A stretch of 62,400 bases of DNA, counting the filler, from Hausera hauseri (taxonomy: Eukaryota): the NCBI GenBank assembly GCA_046269625.1. It is 12 parts of 12 records of this genome, joined end to end, with 100 filler letters (N's around TTAATTAATTAA, not from the genome) between each part and the next. Parts side by side here need not be neighbours in the genome. Positions count along the whole stretch, not along the records: positions 33,277 to 40,129 come from JBJURY010046331.1; positions 40,230 to 44,839 come from JBJURY010506019.1; positions 44,940 to 49,583 come from JBJURY010491354.1; 9 more parts are not named here. One strand, given 5' to 3'. Below, one piece after another: positions 35,421 through 47,596 of the stretch (positions are counted from its first letter, which is position 1; each line of letters starts with the position of its first letter). The position numbers were made by a program, and so were the translations under genes. Below the pieces are notes generated by a model, which was not told where the DNA came from, searched no databases, and saw only the letters and a list, made by a program, of their open reading frames with translations.

Positions 35421-36679
35421 TGAGCCCATACACCTTAGTACTACAAATAGACATTAACAAAATAGACACACATCTCATGCCATTCTCAGTACCGCTGTAA
35501 CAGCTATTCGAAGAGGTTATGCGAAGAAATGTCTCCCCTCCGGAATGGTGAATCAACCTAGTGCACATGTGGACAGTCACCCCAGACTGTGGAACATATC
35601 CTGCACCCTTGTATGCTGCATTGAGGTGCAGTCACTGATCGAGAGAAGCATCATTAGATACAAATTTATATAGCTCTATGATGGAACTCCAGAACACTGT
35701 GCAGTTAGTTCATCAGGAAGATACATCTGTAGACATAGGTCAAGGTGAACGAAAGAAGAAGAGGAAGTTGAATCTTCTTGATCTGATGATTGTTCAAATG
35801 CGGTTCTTGTCTTCCTCCTTTCTGTGACAGCATCCTGGATTTCACCATTCGGGAGGGGAGACATTTCTTCGTATAACCTCTTCGAATATGCAAGAACGGA
35901 ACTGTCATGTTATGGATTCATTCAGAAAGTTACTCAAGACAAATATCTGATGTTGGAGAAAGCAGTGGTTTTTTTTTTTTGTCTATTACAAAAACTGGAC
36001 AAATTTCATCTGAAATACCCTTCTAAAATTATGATGCCCGTGGTCAGATATTACTTCAGCATATTTGATATGCTGGTGTCTCCAGGTCATGAACAAATAA
36101 TTTCTTCAGATTCAGATGGAGAAGCCAGTGTTGACTAGACTTAAAATAAAACTAGACCAAGACGATGTGTGGGCTGATGACTATGGTCCGGATTGTTTGT
36201 TATGTGGCACTACTGTTGGCATTTTCAGACGAATATGGTAATAAACAACTAAGTGAAGAAAACGGGAAAGATTGCTAAAAGGAAAAACCAAAAGTTGACA
36301 GAAAAAATGCAACGAAATCCCAACAAACCAGATCTAACTAATTGTGACATAAACGTTGTTTGACACATTTCGACATTGAAGAAATGTATATTTATTGATA
36401 CTTTGAATAATAATTTTCGTTATTTGCTGTAATATTTTCCTATGGAGTGAATTTATCCAAGAGCGGATTAAAAAAACATTCATGTCATTATCTTGTCCAT
36501 TTTTAATATTAATTTTTTTTTTATTCTTTATGTTAATTTTATCTGACATATTAAACAAAATCGAATCATGTATTTTGTTGTCGATGTCATAGGTCCTCAG
36601 TAAAGTTTAGCTAAAATAGTTTAAAATATAATATACATTTTTGCTTTGCGATCCGACTCTTTCTCTAACTTCACAAATC

Positions 36680-37340
36680 CAGCTTCATTTCCGTATACAA
36701 GATCAGTCCACGCTTCAAGGAACCGTGAAAATGGAATATGGTGTCGTGAGACATTATCCAGATGGAACACTAAACAAACTCTGTGTGCCATGGGCTGAAA
36801 TATGTTGCTATTTTGAAGCAGAAACCAATGACATACAGTCTGCTTGTAACATGCCCACACTGTGTTGGAAATCTATCCTTCGAAAGCACAAAAGACTGTT
36901 ATTTTTACTGACTCAAATTCAGTTTTACAAGCACTGAAAGCAGGATACAACAACCTGAACGTACTCAAATTGCCACGTAAGAAGATCAGTTTATAATTTA
37001 CATTGTCATCAGGCTTGTAAAGCATTGGATCCCAGGACATACAAACATACAAGAAAGAACAGAACAGACATACTAGCAAACAAAGGATGTAGACAAGAGC
37101 AGATACTCATCCACAACTCTGACTACAACCAAAGAAATCATCCAAACAAATATCATTGACAAGTGGCTAAATATATCGGTCATGGTAAAGACGATTCTAA
37201 ATATTTGATAGTTTCTATGCCAACGAACAGCATTAATAAATTAAACAGAAAGGAACAGGCCACCATTTGGTGACTACGAACTCGCCATAATCCGCTGAAT
37301 AATCTATAATCTTATTAACAGAATACAGCCTCAGCTAGAA
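36680..37340 (+). mobile_element. RNase H and C-terminal region of an Ingi/I-group non-LTR retrotransposon, decayed
   Basis: YGVVRHYPDG..CCYFEAE..VIFTDSNSVLQAL, HWIPGHTNI..DILANKG, LNRKEQATIW*LRTRH. Confidence 0.8.
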
Positions 37341-37369
37341 GTTCATAAAGAACTGTATATATGCTTTAA

Positions 37370-38090
37370 AGATTACAGGAAAATATTTGATAGATAAAAC
37401 ACAATGAAATACTTAACATTCTAGAAAGCAAAAACGCAGATCGGAAAGATTTAAGATTAATTAAGAACATACATTTTCAACAAATAGATGAGGTATAGAT
37501 GGAAAATGAGATAGGAAATTACCAGCAACTAAAGAGAGATGCGACAAGGATGTGACACATTTATGTATCTGTTCTTTATGAAGAAGTCATAATTACATCT
37601 ATAGAAGACAAACCAGAAATATTAGTGGGACACAATATAAATAAACTTAGATACGCCTAGACACTTTATAGTTGCTACAAATGAAAATGATCTACAAACA
37701 TTTGTCGACAAAATAGTAGAAGAAAGTGATAACAAGGGCCTCAGTGTTAACACTGGCCATTTCAAAAAATAAACAGCAAATAAAATGCACAGTAAAAATA
37801 GAAGGAACAAAATTTAAGTAATTAAGTAAATTTATATATTTGAGAACAATAATAGCATGGAAGATGCATTACTAAGTGAAAATCAGAATGGCCGAAGCTA
37901 AAGCAACATTTCAGAAAAAGAAAAATATCCTTTGTAATAAGTCTTTGATATTAGAAATAAGTCGCACATAGTTATATAATGCGTTGTTTTATGGAAGTGA
38001 GTTAGCAATACACAAATACAAGAACATCAGGAGGCCGCAGAGATGTGATTCACTAGAAGAATGATAACAATGTTATGGACAGAGAAATGT
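37370..38090 (+). mobile_element. RTE-clade reverse transcriptase fragment, heavily decayed
   Basis: DRKDLRLIKNI, NINKLRYA*, ENDLQTFVDKIVEESDNKGLSVNT, FIYL, IRMAEAKATF, LFYGSE, AAEM*FTRRM. Confidence 0.75.
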
Positions 38091-38544
38091 CAAGTGAATC
38101 TGTTTCGAAAGGAGTTAATAAGTTTCGAGTCTCAAGAAGGATTATCGTCACTGCTCTCCGGGCAGACCCATAAGTGCTCAGATCTCCACCTCAGAATCTC
38201 GAAAATGGAGAAAAACTGCTGTGAGACAATAAACACCAAGAAACACCAAGAAATACAAAGGTAGAGTAGGTAAGTCTCGCATAAGGAGAAATGCAAATAA
38301 ACAAACTTTGCGAATACTAGGTCTTCATCTGGAACAAACAACACAAAACAACAAACAAACAAACGAGATAACGAGAACCAATACTACATAATGAAACAAA
38401 TGAAAAAAAAATGACTAGGAAAATAGAATTTAGCCCTTGATAGCGTCCACGATGAAATGGCACACACATTAGGTCAATGTGTGAAAGGAAGTGATGAGTC
38501 TGCGCGAGCATTGCGTGACTGACCCAACGGGTACGGAGTTACCA

Positions 38545-39320
38545 TTAACAAAACTCAGACCGATAGGTAGGGGGTGTGGGGGTGTTTGCAGTTTGTGCAC
38601 CAACCTCTGCTCTACGGAGTGGCGAGCTTTCTTGTCGGAATATCAGAATCTGAATGCGGTGAGGGGAACATATGGAACAACAGAGTGGCCTGGGCTGTTA
38701 AGTGGTTGCCCACAGGTGTGGATTTTTGTTGTTCGATGTCACGTAGGTGCTCACTTAAAACAGTTGGCTTGCCTCCTACCACTTTAACCGATATATTTTA
38801 TGTCGCACTGCCTACAGATGATGGTGTAGATGATGTTGCGCGATACGCATGTGAAACTATCACTATTGGTACAGGATCCACCGGGGAAGTGCAACGAATC
38901 AGCTAGTGTGACAAATGGGCACGTACGGTAAGGTCTGCCACAAGAAGTACATCTGCTTCAGACATGGGAGGTCTGGAGACGGCTATGGACCAAGAATTTC
39001 TTCAAGTTACGGTCACGTCCATACGCCACTAATGGGCTGTCCGGAAAAACCTCGCGGGTGTGAGGGTCAGAAAGTAAAAAAAAAAAATTAGATGGCGGAA
39101 GAGAACGTGCTTAACCAAGGCACTACGGGGGTGAAAACTGAGAGTTTAACCGTGTCGGATGAATCCGTCTGCCTAGAGGTGAAGTTAGCTTCCTGTGAAA
39201 GGGAGAGGACTCGTGTGAGTCGACGTGAGAAGATGCTCGAGGTACAACCTCCTGCGTAAGAAATCCATCATCTCAAGGGCGAGTGCAGTAAATCTTTTTC
39301 CTCGTCCTTACGTGAGACTT
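38545..39320 (-). mobile_element. Penelope-like element (Neptune-type), RT thumb/linker plus GIY-YIG endonuclease, decayed
   Basis: EVFPDSPLVAYGRDRNLKKFLVHS..CTSCGRPYRTCPF..FTCVSRNIIYTIICRQCDIKYIG*SGR..EHLRDI..PVGNH.NSPGHS. Confidence 0.85.
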
Positions 39321-40129
39321 ACCCTACCCCTACCTTCATATTCTTAAATGCATCCTCAGAATCTCCCTCGGCGTCCATCGACTGATAATTCCAGCTCAGT
39401 GTTGGTTAGCAATGCTTCCGGTATTTTCTGTGTACCCCTCACGCTTTGCGGTTCCAGGTTTGACAAACAGTTCTCTCATCCTTCCCACGGCTGTAATGTC
39501 GCCACTTTCATCAATGTCGGCCCGGCGACCAAACTCCTTGATGGTATTAACAATATCGGCTCGGTCCATTGGAGGACCCTCTATCACAGCTGAAGCTAAT
39601 AAGAAAAGGAGAACAACATCCTTCAATGTGTCCACTTTGTGAATACGCATAACAAACTGTAAACCATCGCTCGTTTGAGTGTCCATTACTTGTCCACTCT
39701 TTCTTTGTCTAAAACCATAGACGCCACAACGAAATAAATGGAAAATATTTGCCAAAGGGCCAAAGCCAACAGACAGCTGAATACATAACAATAACAACGT
39801 GTAGAAAATGAATTAATGATCTAAACTAGTTTCTTTGTGAATGCAATGTCACGCTGCATTGAAACTGAAGATGTTAACACAAGATGAGGTAAATCTTGCT
39901 ACGTTCATTAAAAATAATATGCACGCGGCTAAGTCCTGAAAAGATATTTAATACAGCGGGGTACAGTGACCTTAGCACAACATATCAAAGCGGACGTTAG
40001 TTTAGTATGTAATAAAAGCAATACAAAAGATAAATGAGATGAATCCATTTTTAAAAATGATAAAGAACAAGTCAGCGTGATAGATATATTTTTAATTTAA
40101 GCAGCAGTGAGGGTTATTTCACTTCGGTC

Positions 40130-40229
40130 NNNNNNNNNNNNNNNNNNNNNNNNNNNNNNNNNNNNNNNNNNNNTTAATTAATTAANNNNNNNNNNNNNNN
40201 NNNNNNNNNNNNNNNNNNNNNNNNNNNNN
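40130..40229. other. artificial contig linker
   Basis: N44-TTAATTAATTAA-N44. Confidence 0.98.
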
Positions 40230-41654
40230 GTCTATTGGAATTAGTTACATTGCAATGTTGCTTGAAACCAATCTGATCCGCTAAATTCCTCTTTGGAATG
40301 TTGGAATCACCAATCTGATGATGATGATGATCACAATCTTTGACAAAATCTTCCACAAATAGCATTTGAAGTAGATTGTCATCCACCAGTTTGCGATAGA
40401 TGCGGAAAATCTGGCCAAATATCGTGTCCATGTCACCAACAACCTGCATCGTATGTCGTAGATAAGGTTCTCGTGCCTCCAATTCTCCTCAGCACGCCGG
40501 AGTATCTCTTCGGGCGAACAATATCGTGCGTCATGTAAAGGTCGATCAAAATTGTAAAGGTAACTCCGGAGACCGTCGAACGAGCTATATAAACGAATGA
40601 GTTCTGTTAAATGGAATACGTCGTAATGTTACACCGTAAAAAAGCGCATGTATTTATACTGAAATGTAACAAATAAATTATATTGATTCACGAAAACAAA
40701 CATAGCAAAATAATATATATTTGTGATTAGATACGGTCAATCAACTTTTTCATTACAATACAAAGCGAAGCAGAAAATACAGGTCCAATGAGGAAATTAA
40801 TCCGCTGTCGTTGTCGTTTTCGTCTCATTTCATCCTCGATACGTTTTACGAAGAGCTATCTGACTTGCAATTCAATATACTCTCGCCTGCTCATTATTCT
40901 CGTTTCTGTGAGCTCAAAAACTGTACATCAAACACATATCCAGTCAAAATGTAATCGGTCAATCTTTGAATTTCACTTTCAAAATACTCTTCCATTTGAT
41001 TTAGTGTAGTAATGTTGATAATCGTTTATAGCCGATTTAGGCGACGTCTGAGACTGCAGTAAGGGGAATAAGTTATGGTGTACTGTAGTTAAATTTATTT
41101 ATTTATAATTAATACATTTTTATTTATTTTTAGTTCAATTTGTTTATTATTCAGAAATGTTCGCAATATCCCATGTATTGCGTCTACCGCATACATGAGG
41201 GTGGACAATGCCACAAAGAAATGCCCAAATATTATTCAGTGGCCAAGGACACGTACCTGTGTCCCGTATGTTTTATTTAAAACACATGCCCGTACGCAAA
41301 CTTTTATAAGATGCACAAGCATCATCTCGGTCCATTCACGCGGTGCAAGATGATGGTTGTGCATTGCACCACATACCCACGTTACTGTACCAATACAGTA
41401 CATGACGTTGGTGGTTGCCATAGTGAAATGGGGCAATACTATGACACCACAACGGTGCACAGTAAACGGGCCTATGTATATCCCGGTTGTTCTATAGCAG
41501 ATGATGAAATCAGCTATGACCAATTTTATAATCAGCACCATGACCACTTAAACCAGTTTAAGCGGTCGAAAAAACAAATATTAATGGTGGCAGCAAAAAG
41601 CAGCTGCCCTTAACAAGTAGGAAACATCAGGCATCAACAAACCTTGACGAATAC

Positions 41655-44600
41655 TTGCAAAACAACAGAAATCAAAAACAGAAGGAGCAGCAGCAGCAGG
41701 AACAGGAGCAACAGGGGGAGGAACCACGAATTACTGTCATGTACGATCTGAAAAAATCGTGCGTGGATATAAAAGTGAACATATCAGCGACAATAACAAT
41801 AACAACAACAACGCAATTGAGACTTGTTCCATCTACTGTGCGAAACTGGTTGAAATCTAAAGCGGACAAATTCCAACACCACCGCAACTGCAAAGTGCAG
41901 TATTATGCACTTGCAGAATTCGAAAACGTGCAAGGCAACAGGAAACAATGGTACCTGTCACATCGAGCTGTACCATATATCGAGGATTTTATCGCTGAGA
42001 TTGGCGAAAAATTCGAGGAGAAAATCACCAACTACATGGAAAAAGGTAGTGGATGGCGAATTGTAAAGATTGTCGCTCTCAACTTTATCATTACAAAGTT
42101 GAGTGACATGATTTACTTGTCGGGGAGATCATTCATACCGACACCTGCAGCCTAAAGCACTCTAAAACTGTAGTCAATGTAGAAAATAATAGGGACGAAT
42201 ACTATTTTCTTTACAGTATTTTAACCACATTAAAATATGATGAAGTCCCCAGAAATCGTGCAAATCGTTCAAAACAATATCGTCAGTATTTTTCTGAATT
42301 GGACTTTAATGAAAGCTGGATGCCGATAGAACTAAAAACCGTGCCGGCTTTTGAACGGCGTAATCCGACACTGGCAATCAACGTTTTCCGGTACAACTCA
42401 GCAACAGAGATACCCGCAGATGAGGATATTTACAAAAATCCTTATGGGGATATAATCTAACAAAGTCGGAACCCGAATGGACGTCCAATATACCTGTTGC
42501 TGTTGGATCAGACAGAAAATTTTCATTACGTGGCCGTAACAAATCTGGACAGACTGCTGAACATGGACAATGACCAGTTCATCCAAAAACAAATACGCTG
42601 CAAATGGTGCCCCATATGTTTGCATGGCTAAAATCAGAAGCGACATGGGAAAAACAAGTGGCGCTATGCAGATAAAACGTATCGGGAACAACAATGTACG
42701 CAATGCCCGTCAAAACGGAGCTGAGATTCAGTGACCGTTTAAAAACGGACAGTCCGGCATATATGATCTATGCCGATATTGAAGCAATTCTGTCGAGGCA
42801 CAACGTATACGACCAAAAGCACATTCCAATCGCCGTCGGTTTGTTACTAGTACCAATAAAAGCTATGGGACAACCGCAGTATTACTTTTCCACGGATGGA
42901 ACTGTGTACGTGATTTCCTGCACCAGTTGGAGGCAATAGTGGAAGCGGAAATCTCACCGTAGTACAGCAACAAGAGCACTAAGCCTTTGATCTGGACAGA
43001 CGAAGACGCACACCTTACGTTTGCAGTCACAGATAAATGCTACCTGTGCCACAAAATATTACCATTCCATAAACAGGAACGGCTCGTACCTGATTACGAC
43101 TACTTTACCGGATGATACCTAGGAGCAGCATGCAATTCATGCAATTTAGCATGGCGTGTGCGGTCATTCCTGCCCGTGATATTTCCTAACTTGAGGAATT
43201 ATGATTGTCACCATATTCTGAAATGGGCCATTAATGGATTTCCACACTGGGAACTGTCCATAATCCCAACAACTATGGAGAAATACCTGTCTATATCTGC
43301 ACGCATAAGCCGGTTCCACGTGCAATTCCTTGACTCATTACAGATCCTCAATGAGTTTCTAGCAAAGCTGGTAATTCCCTTGAGGTATGTGCCGTTAACA
43401 TCAACGCAGTTTCCGATGCACATTGCACGTAGCAAAGGAATATTCCACTATGACTTTGCTGCATCATTTGATTACATACTCCAGTATCTGAAAGTGGACG
43501 TGTATTTGCTGACCGACGTGTTTCAGACATTTCGGACTAAGGCGTTGGCGGAAGATAGACTGGAGCCGCTCAACTTTTACTCCATATCGGGAATGAGTTG
43601 GGCGTCGGCATTGATATCACTGGACCGGGACATTGAGCTATTGCAAGACCCGGAAATGTACCGATTGTTTGATGTCGGTATTCGTGGCGGAATGACATTT
43701 GTCAACAAGCACCACGTAACCAATGACGATAACACCACATCACTGCAGTACATTGACATTAATAACCTGTACAGCTGGGCGCTTTCGAAACCCTTGCCGT
43801 ACGGTTCATTTGAATGGTTAACGGACAAGCAAGATCTGGAGGCAATATTGGGAAATTTACCGACAGCAGACACGGCAGAAAACAGCTCATTCGGCTACCT
43901 GATGGAAGTTGATCTCGTGGTACTGGATGAGTTGCATGACGCTTTGGACCAATTGCCTGTCACACCAATCAGCCAATGTCCGCTCGGCGGCTCAAAGGTA
44001 AAGAAACTCCTCATGACGCATGAACCGAAGATGAATTACGTGGTCCATTGGCGTTTGCTACAGTTCTACATGCAGCTCGGTGTACGCGTCACACAGCTGC
44101 ATCGCGCAATCAAATTCAATCAGGCGCCGGTATTCAAGGCATACATTGACGAAAATTCAGAAAAACGAGCCGCAGCTTGTACAAAGTTAGAAAAGGATTA
44201 CAATAAGTTGAAGAATAATTCTCTCTAAGTCAAAACAACAGAGAACCTCAAAAAGCGACTCAATGTGCGCCTATGTAACAACGAAAAGCGGCTGGTTAAG
44301 TACACCAGCAAGGATCAGTTCAGGCGGTCAATGAACATTGCCGATGGATTGATCGCCGTGATGTTAAACAGGGAAGAAGTCGTACTGGACCGGCCAAGCT
44401 ATATAGGACAAGTGGTATGGCACCTGCGCAAGTTACGAATGTACGAGCTCCAGTATCGCGACTTGGCACGTTACCGGCAAATGTTCCACGGCTGTGAGAT
44501 CAGTATTGTTGCCAGCGACACAGGCAGCTTTTTTCTTGAGCTGAAAAACGTCAATCGCGACCAACTGCTCCGGCAAATAATGTCAGATGGACTACTGGAC

Positions 44601-44839
44601 ACGTCCAATTACCCGCAGAATCATAGTAACGCCATCACGAACAAAATCGGCTGCTTCAAGGATGAAAGCGAAGGCCGTGTTCAGTACGATAATAAATATT
44701 CCTGCGCTCAAAGTGCTACAGTCTCCTTACGGTCTGTGGACCGAAAATGCGCGCAAAATGCGTTCAGCTGTCCCAGACGGAAATAAGCCACGGTGATTAT
44801 CGCCGTATCTATGAAGCAGCAGCAGCAGAAGACGGAGGA
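41655..44839 (+). pseudogene. protein-primed family B DNA polymerase of a Polinton/adintovirus, decayed
   Basis: EKGSGW..GRSFIPTP, LAINVF, IYADIEAIL (Exo I), FPNLRNYDCH (Exo II), FLDSLQ, KGIFHYD, YLKVDVYLLTDVFQTFR, GIRGG, YIDINNLYSWALSKPLP (motif A), KLKNNSL* (motif B), SDTGSF (motif C), IGCFKDE. Confidence 0.93.
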
Positions 44840-44939
44840 NNNNNNNNNNNNNNNNNNNNNNNNNNNNNNNNNNNNNNNNNNNNTTAATTAATTAANNNNN
44901 NNNNNNNNNNNNNNNNNNNNNNNNNNNNNNNNNNNNNNN
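44840..44939. other. artificial contig linker
   Basis: N44-TTAATTAATTAA-N44. Confidence 0.98.
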
Positions 44940-45167
44940 TAACATTTCTCTTCCCTGAACGGCATCCTCGGAGGTGCCAATTGCGTCATGAGAGGTGCTG
45001 TCAGTTTTGTGTTGTCTTAATAGGTTTATTCGTCTTCGTAAACTAATATCGGTGGTCGTATTTTTATGGTCGGGTCTGATTTCTATTTCATAACTATGGT
45101 GAGTCTTTATACGGACCACCATTGTGTAACCTCCGTTGGAGAAGTACTTCAAGTTGGCGGCTTCAGC

Positions 45168-45302
45168 TCGACATATTGGACAAGTGGTCTAACCATTTTC
45201 TAGAGTCCACTTCTCTAGACATTCTCGGCAGTATCTGTTTCTGCAGTCTTTGTTGTCCAAGACGACAAATCCTTGTTGGAGGCTAGCCTCGCAGACCGGG
45301 CA
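45168..45302 (-). pseudogene. RING finger domain (not in the ORF track because of an internal stop)
   Basis: CPVCEASLQQGFVVLDNKDCRNRYCRECLEKWTLENG*TTCPICR: seven Cys ligands plus the conserved W and CP.CR; His position is Asn. Confidence 0.85.
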
Positions 45303-46245
45303 CTTGTTTTCTTCTTTTTCCCACTTCGTCATCCAGGTCCACTCTGATCGTAAGTTCAATTTGTTCAAAAATTAATCCTTATTCGTTTTGATATATGTAT
45401 CCATGAATTCGTTTCTGCTTAGGGTCCACAGAACTTGGTCTTGGGTCACTACTTATTCTACCAATGTTTAGACGTCCATCGTCTCATGGTCTAAGTCAGG
45501 AACTCGGTTAGCTGTCCGGTATTTTTGATATTGTTTCTTTAGTAGGAGTTTTAATTGTTCGTCTACTTGCACTGTCAATTTTCCAGTCCTCTTCGATTGA
45601 AAAATCGGTGCAACATATTTTCCTAATTTGGAATTTTCCAATATATAGGTTTTCTCATATACTTCTTTTTGTGGTGACTGTGATGTAAAAGGCTGCTTCC
45701 TTGATTTTCCCATGGCTATAATGTTCGGTTATTACTAGCATTTGGGCAAATCTTCTACAGTGGCAACGTGTTGATTTCCAGGTAGGTCTCTATTCCTAAG
45801 AACATTTATTTCTGTATACCGTTTAGTTCTTCTTGTGTTTCTTTGTTTCTGAACCATGATTTCTTCCGGTCTCTGTTCGATTGGTAGGGGATTTTCGTTC
45901 TTCTGCGTTACTTCGATCGTCGTTTTTGTATTGTCGATTTCACGCGTTCTTTTAAATGTACGGTCATACAATGAAGTCTTTTTTTGGTATTTTGTGGTAA
46001 TATATCGATTTTCGGTTTCTTTTCTGGAACTTGGGAATTTTGAAGACCGATTTGTCATCCTTATTCTCATCTAATAGTGGTATGGAGGCTTCTTGACTTA
46101 TATTGGTTATTTGGCTATCGTCAGTTTTGAACATTTCATTAATTTTATTTGGTTGATATTGTTTCCGTTATCTCACGTAAATTTGATATGGATTTGCATA
46201 ACTGACCAAGTTATACTCAAGTTTTGGAGGAACCCATTCATGTTC

Positions 46246-46779
46246 CTACGATAATCCGGCATAAGTATCTCTTAGGTACTGAGTACGTTGACTCGCGGTC
46301 AACAATTTACTAATTTTAGCTAGACTATTAGTTCTAGCTTCTACCATTATTTTAAAGTAATCATCCATGATCCTTGGCATGGGATAGTCTCTTTCTCGTA
46401 ACAGTTTTTTTGTTCGTTTGGCGATAAGTGGGCGTGTATTAATTTCTCTTACTCCTGCGATTCCTGATTGCGGATTCTCCAATAACAATATTGCTTCTTT
46501 CACACGGTATCCAATAAGGATACATCCATATAGACAATGGGCCAATTCATTCTGTACAACTTTTATGTCTTTTCCTTCCTTCAAGTTTTCCTTACGGATT
46601 CCTGTTTGATCGTAAAAGGTTTCTGTGACCCGTTTTCTTGGACTAATAATCGTATGATACGATTCTATTCGATTTGTCTCCCTGATTGAAACTTCCATCG
46701 GAATTTTGTCTGCCTGGTTACCTTCGCAACAGCTTATGACGTGTGGCACTAATTTGTTGGAATATAAGGAGTTTGCCAT
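46246..46779 (-). pseudogene. REXO4/ISG20-like DEDDh exonuclease domain, catalytic acids substituted
   Basis: CCEG..VSI..YHTIISPRKRVTETFYDQTGIRKENLKEGKDIKVVQNELAHCLYGCILIGY aligns by eye with REXO4 DCEM..VSI..YDKYVKPTEPVTDYRTAVSGIRPENLKQGEELEVVQKEVAEMLKGRILVGH. Confidence 0.8.
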
Positions 46780-47596
46780 CTCCGATTATAACAGTCTATG
46801 CCGAAATTTTAGAGGTGGTAAGGAGGGGTTGTTCCGTTCATCTTTTGTCACTTCAATCATTATTTTAACAGCGAGTGCAGTGACTCGGAATTCTATATCC
46901 TTTTCCTGCAGTGTTTCACTCTGTAATTTGAGGGTACTAAACTTGTATTGTTTCCNNNNNNNNNNTACTCTTGGGCCTCTAATCGGTAGTAGATTTCACC
47001 GTGGGCTAGGTGGCTATATAGGTCCCTGCCAATTTCATTACTCACTAACTGTCTAAGTGAGTAGGCCCTAGCGTCTCTGTTTTCTCTCATAGCATACTTG
47101 TATACAACTCTGGCTTCTTCGGTGGTCCCAATTAAGTTATTCGGTGTAGTGTTGACCTGGTCGTATTTTATGGCGGCCTTTCCGTGTATTTCATTGTATC
47201 TCCCGACAGATAGAATGGGAATTCATAATGAGTATGGTAGCATGAATCTGTAGGAATTCGTCGATACTACATCGACATGTTGAATTGTTTTCTTTCTCTC
47301 GTTCGTCGATTCTACGTCGTCCAGACATCTTGTGGTTCTTGATTCTGAGAAATAAACAATAAGCATTATTCTTAAAATAAAGATCTTTTCTAAAATAAAA
47401 CCAATTCTTTATCCAATGACAGAATAACCTGCTCTGTAATTGTCAGATTATTTTATCATACGGATCAATTTTGTTTCCCAATTCCCTTAGTTCCAACTCT
47501 GTAATTTTAGGACGCTTTTATTAACAATTTTTGGCACATAATCGAAAAATCGCAGTTTTGAGTGGTAGTTTTATCGTCTATATTTTCGTATATATT

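Noticed and set aside
39396-39797. 133-aa minus-strand ORF upstream of the Penelope fragment
   Set aside because: No RT motifs; only a faint resemblance to a non-LTR ORF1, too weak to call
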